This document shows, piece after piece, positions 6,751 through 11,628 of a DNA stretch of 11,628 bases (the first letter of the stretch is position 1; each line of letters opens with the position of its first letter). Origin of the DNA: Candidatus Aegiribacteria sp. (GTDB lineage Bacteria > Fermentibacterota > Fermentibacteria > Fermentibacterales > JCC-6). Under the pieces are notes generated by a model. It saw only the letters and a list, made by a program, of their open reading frames with translations. It had not been told where the DNA came from and made no database searches. Both the position numbers and the translations under genes were made by a program. The stretch covers positions 1 to 11,628 of the forward strand of contig JAWOBF010000103.1 in NCBI GenBank assembly GCA_046498225.1, given 5' to 3'.

Positions 6751-8141
6751 AGGAGAATGATATCAACCTGAGACTTAGAGAGCTTCCGGCGGTGCACGAA
6801 CTTGCCGGGCAGCTTCTTGAAGTGCGCCCGGACGCTCCGCAGGGGGCCGTCACTGAATCCTGCAGGCGGGCCATTGAGGAGGCCAGGTCGGTTGTTCTGG
6901 AAGGCGGGCGGCCGCCCTCGCCGGAGCAGCTGGTTCTGGCCGCAGCCGATATGCTGGACACCCTTGCCGGCTCCAGCATGACGGACGTTATAAACGCTAC
7001 CGGTGTCGTGCTGCATACCGCGCTTGGCAGGGCCTGCCTTCCGGAATCCGCCGTGGCCGCCGTGACAAGGGTCGCCCGGGGCTACAGCGTCCTGCAGTGG
7101 GACAGGGAGACCGGGAAGAGGGGCCACCGGGATATTCACACGGAGAGGCTCATATGCGAGCTGGCCGGCTCCGAGGCGGCCACAGTGGCCAACAACAACG
7201 CCGGGGCCACACTGCTGGTCCTCTCGGCCCTTGCCCGGGGAAGGGAAGTGGTGGTCTCCAGGGGCCAGCTGGTGGAGATAGGCGGTTCCTTCAGGATACC
7301 GGACGTGATGAAGCAGAGCGGGGCCGTGATGCGGGAGGTGGGATGCACCAACAGGACCCATCTGAGGGATTACCGGGAAGCCATCACCGAGAACACGGCC
7401 GCCATACTCAGGGTCCACCCCTCCAATTACAGGATAAAGGGATTTTCTTCGGAGGTCCCGCTGGAGCAGCTGGTGGAACTGGGACGGGAGTTTGGCATTC
7501 CCGTGGTGGACGACCTGGGAGCGGGGTCCTACATAGACCTGAAGCACTTCGGCCTTCCCTCCGAGCCCACCGTGCGCGGGAGCATAGAGACCGGAGCCTC
7601 TGTGGTAACAAGCTCCGGGGACAAGCTCATAGGGGGTCCCCAGGCCGGGATCATAACAGGCGAAGAGAAGTATATCCGAATGATAAAGAAGCATCCGCTG
7701 GCCCGCGCCCTCAGGGTGGGCAAGCTGACCATAGCAGCCCTGGAGGCCTCCCTGGCCCTGTTCAGGGAGGGCCGGGATTACCTGGTGGAGAACCATCCTC
7801 TCTACAGGATGTTCTCCATCTCTACCGGGGAGCTCCGGAAAACGGCGGAGGAATTCGTTGCCATGCTGGACCTGCCCGGTTCCTGCTCCGCGGAAGTTAT
7901 TCGGACCGACAGCTACACCGGAAGCGGTTCGCTGCCGGATTACGCCATACCGTCCGTGGGGGTGGGGCTGAGAACCCCGGACGGAGAGGCCCTTGCCCGG
8001 AAGCTGCGGCTGGGAGACCCGGCGGTGGCCTCGAGGATCGAGGAAGGTCTGCTGAAGCTGGACATGCGTACCCTGCAGCCCGGCGAGCCCTCCCTGCTGG
8101 CAGGCCTTGTGAATGACGCGGCCGGGGAACTATGGGGGTGA
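6747..8141 (+). CDS. selA: L-seryl-tRNA(Sec) selenium transferase (selenocysteine synthase)
   Basis: The likely start is ATG 6747 ([21 protein letters not shown] at 6734-6738), giving 464 aa. Motifs: [63 protein letters not shown]-lysine [12 protein letters not shown] and [11 protein letters not shown]. Confidence 0.96.
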   Translation: MKENDINLRLRELPAVHELAGQLLEVRPDAPQGAVTESCRRAIEEARSVVLEGGRPPSPEQLVLAAADMLDTLAGSSMTDVINATGVVLHTALGRACLPESAVAAVTRVARGYSVLQWDRETGKRGHRDIHTERLICELAGSEAATVANNNAGATLLVLSALARGREVVVSRGQLVEIGGSFRIPDVMKQSGAVMREVGCTNRTHLRDYREAITENTAAILRVHPSNYRIKGFSSEVPLEQLVELGREFGIPVVDDLGAGSYIDLKHFGLPSEPTVRGSIETGASVVTSSGDKLIGGPQAGIITGEEKYIRMIKKHPLARALRVGKLTIAALEASLALFREGRDYLVENHPLYRMFSISTGELRKTAEEFVAMLDLPGSCSAEVIRTDSYTGSGSLPDYAIPSVGVGLRTPDGEALARKLRLGDPAVASRIEEGLLKLDMRTLQPGEPSLLAGLVNDAAGELWG

Positions 8142-10012
8142 TAATCGGTACCGCCGGTCATATCGACCACGGGAAGAGCCAGCTGGTCAAGTACCTCACC
8201 GGAACCGACCCGGACAGGCTGAAGGAGGAGAAGGAACGGGGAATAACCATCGAACTGGGCTATGTGTTCATGCCCCTGCCCGACGGTGGCCTCCTGGCTT
8301 TCATAGATGTTCCCGGACACGAGAACTTCATTCGGCAGATGGTGGCGGGTACCGCCACCGTTGACTGTTTCCTGCTGGTAGTGGCGGCGGACGAGGGCAT
8401 CATGCCCCAGACCCGGGAGCATCTGGACATTCTCAGGCTCCTGGGCGTGGAAAGGGGCCTGGTGGCGGTGACCAAATGCGACCTTGTGGACACGGAAATG
8501 CAGGACCTGGTGGAGATGGATATCCATGATTACTTCCAGGATACCGTCTTCGCCGGAACGCCCGTCCACAGAGTGTCGTCCATCTCCGGCGCCGGTATGG
8601 AGGACCTGAGACAGGCACTTGTCCGCATCGCCATGGATACCGGTCGGAGAAGGAGCGGGGAGAGGTTCAGGCTGGACATAGACAGAGTATTCGTGCTGGA
8701 GGGTTTCGGCACCATAGTGGCGGGAACCGCCATCTCCGGGTCGGTCTCCCCCGGCCGGGAGCTGGAGCTGATGCCCGGCGGCGGAAAGTACCGGGTGAGG
8801 GAGATGAGGGTCAACACCAGAAAGGACGTTCCATCAGGGTCCGCCGGGGACAGGATAGCCCTGAACCTGGCCGGCCTCCACAAGGATGAGGTTCACAGGG
8901 GCTCCTGCGTGGGCGACCCCGGTTACCTCCAGGTGCGGGAGAGCCTTGATACCAGCATCACTATGATAGAGACGGCCGAGCCACTGAAGAGACACCAGAG
9001 GGTCCGGTTCCATACCGGCACCGCGGAAGTCATGGCGAGGGCCGTTCCGGTCGAGGGGAACGTCGTGGCTCCCGGCACTTCGGGTTACGTTCATTTTCAG
9101 ATGGAATCCCCCGTGGTGGCCCTGCCGGGCGACAGATTCGTGATAAGGAGCTACTCCCCCGTCGTCACCATAGGAGGAGGCACCGTACTGGAGACCGGCA
9201 CCCGGAAGGTAAGGAAGAAGTACGCGGAAGACAGGGTGTCCCACCTGGAGGTGCTGGAGACAGGGGACCTGAAGGACATCCTGACGGAAATGCTGCGCAA
9301 GGCCGGCTCGCATGGAACAACGGTGAAGGACGCCGCCGGGGAGACTTCCCGTCCTTCCGCGGAGATACTGGAGACCCTGGAGAGCATGGCGGAGGAAGGC
9401 TCCGTGGCCCTGACGGGGTCCGGGGCCGCCGCCCGGGCGGTTGATAGGAGCATTCTGGACGGAGCCTGCGATAAGTTGACCGAACGCCTTGCGAAGCATC
9501 ATGAGATGAACCCGGTGAGCCCGGGGTTTCCCCTTTCGGAGCCTTCCAGGATACTGAGCGGCCTTCCCCAGTGGATGGTCCGGCTGGTCCTGGACGAGCT
9601 TCTCGAAAACGGAACCATTCGGAAAAGGGATGGATGGATAGCCCTGAGTGACCGGCCGGAAGCGATACCGCCGGAATGGCGGGAGGCGGTGGAGAAACTC
9701 TCTGCGGAAGTGGATTCCGCCGGTTTCAGGGGATATTCCAGGGATGCGGCGAAGGATGAACGCCTGGCGCGGTCCCTTCTGGAGAGAGGCTTTCTGCTGG
9801 AACTCGCGGAAGGTGTCCTTCTGACCTCGCGTATGGTGGAGGAGGTGGAGGCCGGGGTCCGGGAAAGATTCGGAGAGAACGGCTTTGCGCTGGCGGAACT
9901 TCGGGATCACCTCGGTGTTTCGAGGAAGGACGCCCTGAGGTGGGCCGAGCTTTTCGACGGCAGGGGCTCCACAATTCGCAGGGACGACAGGAGATTCTTC
10001 AGAGAAAGTTAG
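8132..10012 (+). CDS. selB: Selenocysteine-specific elongation factor SelB
   Basis: [52 protein letters not shown] and GDRIALNL, with a C-terminal winged-helix [10 protein letters not shown]...FD...T.R..D.R; 626 aa. An alternative GTG start lies at 8138. Confidence 0.96.
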   Translation: MGVIIGTAGHIDHGKSQLVKYLTGTDPDRLKEEKERGITIELGYVFMPLPDGGLLAFIDVPGHENFIRQMVAGTATVDCFLLVVAADEGIMPQTREHLDILRLLGVERGLVAVTKCDLVDTEMQDLVEMDIHDYFQDTVFAGTPVHRVSSISGAGMEDLRQALVRIAMDTGRRRSGERFRLDIDRVFVLEGFGTIVAGTAISGSVSPGRELELMPGGGKYRVREMRVNTRKDVPSGSAGDRIALNLAGLHKDEVHRGSCVGDPGYLQVRESLDTSITMIETAEPLKRHQRVRFHTGTAEVMARAVPVEGNVVAPGTSGYVHFQMESPVVALPGDRFVIRSYSPVVTIGGGTVLETGTRKVRKKYAEDRVSHLEVLETGDLKDILTEMLRKAGSHGTTVKDAAGETSRPSAEILETLESMAEEGSVALTGSGAAARAVDRSILDGACDKLTERLAKHHEMNPVSPGFPLSEPSRILSGLPQWMVRLVLDELLENGTIRKRDGWIALSDRPEAIPPEWREAVEKLSAEVDSAGFRGYSRDAAKDERLARSLLERGFLLELAEGVLLTSRMVEEVEAGVRERFGENGFALAELRDHLGVSRKDALRWAELFDGRGSTIRRDDRRFFRES

Positions 10013-10041
10013 TTTACACCGCGGAGATTTTGTCTTATTCT
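10013..10041 (+). promoter_or_regulatory. Candidate sigma70 promoter for the nucleotide-sugar genes
   Basis: TTTACA (10013-10018), 17-bp spacer, TATTCT (10036-10041); GGAGG at 10074-10078 before ATG 10083. Confidence 0.6.
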
Positions 10042-10082
10042 TCTCTGTCACCGGCTCACATCAGTATCGTACTGGAGGAAAA

Positions 10083-11387
10083 ATGCACATAGCAGTTGTT
10101 GGAAGCGGTTACGTCGGGCTAGTTGCTGCGACCTGCCTGTCCGAGATGGGCAATGACGTCATATGCGTAGACAATGACAGGAAGAAGATAGATAACCTCA
10201 ACCGGGGTATCATCCCCATCTACGAACCGGGTCTCAAACCGATGATCCAGCGCAACACGCTGGAGAAGCGGCTGACCTTCACCACCGACACAGCGGAAGC
10301 CGTGAGGAAGAGCTCAATCATCTTCATAGCGGTGGGAACCCCCCCCGATGAGGACGGCTCCGCGGACCTGAAGCATGTGCTGGCCGTGGCAAGGGACATA
10401 GCCGCCAACATGGACGGTCCCAGGATAGTGGTGAACAAGAGCACGGTTCCCGTGGGTACCGCCGACCTGGTGCGGGAGGAGATAGAGAAGAACAGCGCCC
10501 ATGAGGTCCACATCGTCAGCAATCCGGAGTTCCTCAAGGAGGGCAGCGCCATAGATGACTTCATGAAACCGGACAGGGTGGTGATCGGCACCGATTCGGA
10601 GGAAGTGGCGGACACCATGAGGGAACTCTATTCACCCTTCGTAAGGACCAACAATCCGGTGCTGGTCATGAGCAACCGCAGCGCGGAGATGACCAAGTAC
10701 GTGGCCAACAGCCTGCTGGCCACCAGGATATCTTTCATGAACGAGATAGCCAACATGTGCGACGTGGTAAAGGCGGACGTTCATGACGTGAGAACAGGCA
10801 TAGGCTCGGACAGGCGGATCGGTCCCAGCTTCCTTTTCCCCGGAGCGGGTTTCGGAGGCTCGTGTTTTCCCAAGGACATAAGGGCGCTGCAGAAGACAGC
10901 CCTGGAGAACGGCATCGAACTGCGGGTCCTCAGGGCGGTTACCGAGGTAAACGACGATCAGAAAAAGCTCCTGGTCGACAAGGTCACCGGCCATTTCGGG
11001 GAGGATCTGAGCGAACTGACCATAGGAGTATGGGGTATATCCTTCAAGCCCAACACTGACGATATCAGGGAGGCCCCGGCACTTACGGTGATAGAGGGAC
11101 TGCTGGAGAGGGGAGCCTCGGTGGCGGCCTACGATCCTCAGGCCATGGAGAACGCTCAGCGGGTTCTCGGAGACAGGGTGCGGTACGCCTCCTCCGTGTA
11201 CGACGCTCTGAAGGATGCAGATGCGCTGGTTCTGGTAACGGAGTGGACGGAATTCAGAGAACCCGATTTTCCACGTATCGCCGATATGATGAAGACCCCC
11301 GTTGTATTCGATGGAAGGAACGTGTTCAATCCGGTGAAACTGAGAAAGAACGGTTTCACCTACTACGGTATCGGGAGAAACGCATGA
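10083..11387 (+). CDS. ugd: UDP-glucose 6-dehydrogenase
   Basis: GSGYVGL Rossmann motif, PIYEPGL, FIAVGTP, KSTVPVGT, SNPEFLKEG, SAEMTKY, catalytic GFGGSCFPKD and FKPNTDDIRE. Confidence 0.93.
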   Translation: MHIAVVGSGYVGLVAATCLSEMGNDVICVDNDRKKIDNLNRGIIPIYEPGLKPMIQRNTLEKRLTFTTDTAEAVRKSSIIFIAVGTPPDEDGSADLKHVLAVARDIAANMDGPRIVVNKSTVPVGTADLVREEIEKNSAHEVHIVSNPEFLKEGSAIDDFMKPDRVVIGTDSEEVADTMRELYSPFVRTNNPVLVMSNRSAEMTKYVANSLLATRISFMNEIANMCDVVKADVHDVRTGIGSDRRIGPSFLFPGAGFGGSCFPKDIRALQKTALENGIELRVLRAVTEVNDDQKKLLVDKVTGHFGEDLSELTIGVWGISFKPNTDDIREAPALTVIEGLLERGASVAAYDPQAMENAQRVLGDRVRYASSVYDALKDADALVLVTEWTEFREPDFPRIADMMKTPVVFDGRNVFNPVKLRKNGFTYYGIGRNA

Positions 11388-11628
11388 AATTCTTAGAAAG
11401 GCTCAAAGACCCGGAACATCCTTCGGTGGCCATCATCGGACTCGGTTACGTGGGGCTGCCTCTGGCCCTTGAGTTCGTGGAGGGTGGCTGCAGGGTAACA
11501 GGCATAGACGTGGACCCGGAAAAGCCCCGAATGATAGCCCTCGGGCAAAGCTACCTGAAGCACATCCCCTCCGGCAGGATCGCGGAAGCGGTGAGGACCG
11601 GAAGGCTGGAATGCACAACGGATTTTTC
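11384..11628 (+). CDS. Nucleotide-sugar dehydrogenase (WbpA/WecC-like), N-terminal part, truncated by the window edge
   Basis: Not in the supplied ORF track. ATG 11384 overlaps the ugd TGA. My translation is MKFLERLKDPEHPSVAIIGLGYVGLPLALEFVEGGCRVTGIDVDPEK...GQSYLKHIPS...TTDF. Confidence 0.85.
   Translation, partial: MKFLERLKDPEHPSVAIIGLGYVGLPLALEFVEGGCRVTGIDVDPEKPRMIALGQSYLKHIPSGRIAEAVRTGRLECTTDF

Noticed and set aside
3787..8144. Six consecutive genes (rnfD to selA) ending in UGA as programmed readthrough
   Set aside because: High GC content and ATGA-type overlaps explain it. The selA UGA is immediately followed by TAA, and rnfB readthrough meets another UGA after six codons.
857..11618. 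Long minus-strand and off-frame ORFs (for example 8834-10051, 6720-7796, 5734-6633, 7097-8116, 11433-11618)
   Set aside because: They are shadow ORFs of GC-rich genes, overlapping well-supported CDSs and lacking recognisable motifs.

Overview
The window has three parts. (1) Bases 1-460 look like the decayed edge of an integrated element. It contains an AT-rich gene fragment, three tandem 23-bp repeats resembling an IS21-family end, the C-terminal remnant of a probable large serine recombinase ending in a duplicated tRNA 3' end, a REP-like hairpin and a terminator. (2) A minus-strand tRNA operon (His-GTG, Lys-CTT, Arg-TCT) has a near-consensus sigma70 promoter and an intrinsic terminator. (3) A divergent, GC-rich, tightly packed plus-strand run reads nrdR-rnfC-rnfD-rnfG-rnfE-rnfA-rnfB-selA-selB. 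It is followed by a probable new promoter and two nucleotide-sugar dehydrogenase genes (ugd and a WbpA/WecC-like gene cut by the window edge). The most unusual feature is that selA and selB are translationally coupled to the end of the Rnf operon, with the selA start overlapping the rnfB UGA stop, although no Rnf subunit here has an internal UGA. selC and selD are not in the window. All calls come from reading motifs by eye; no database searches or folding calculations were run.
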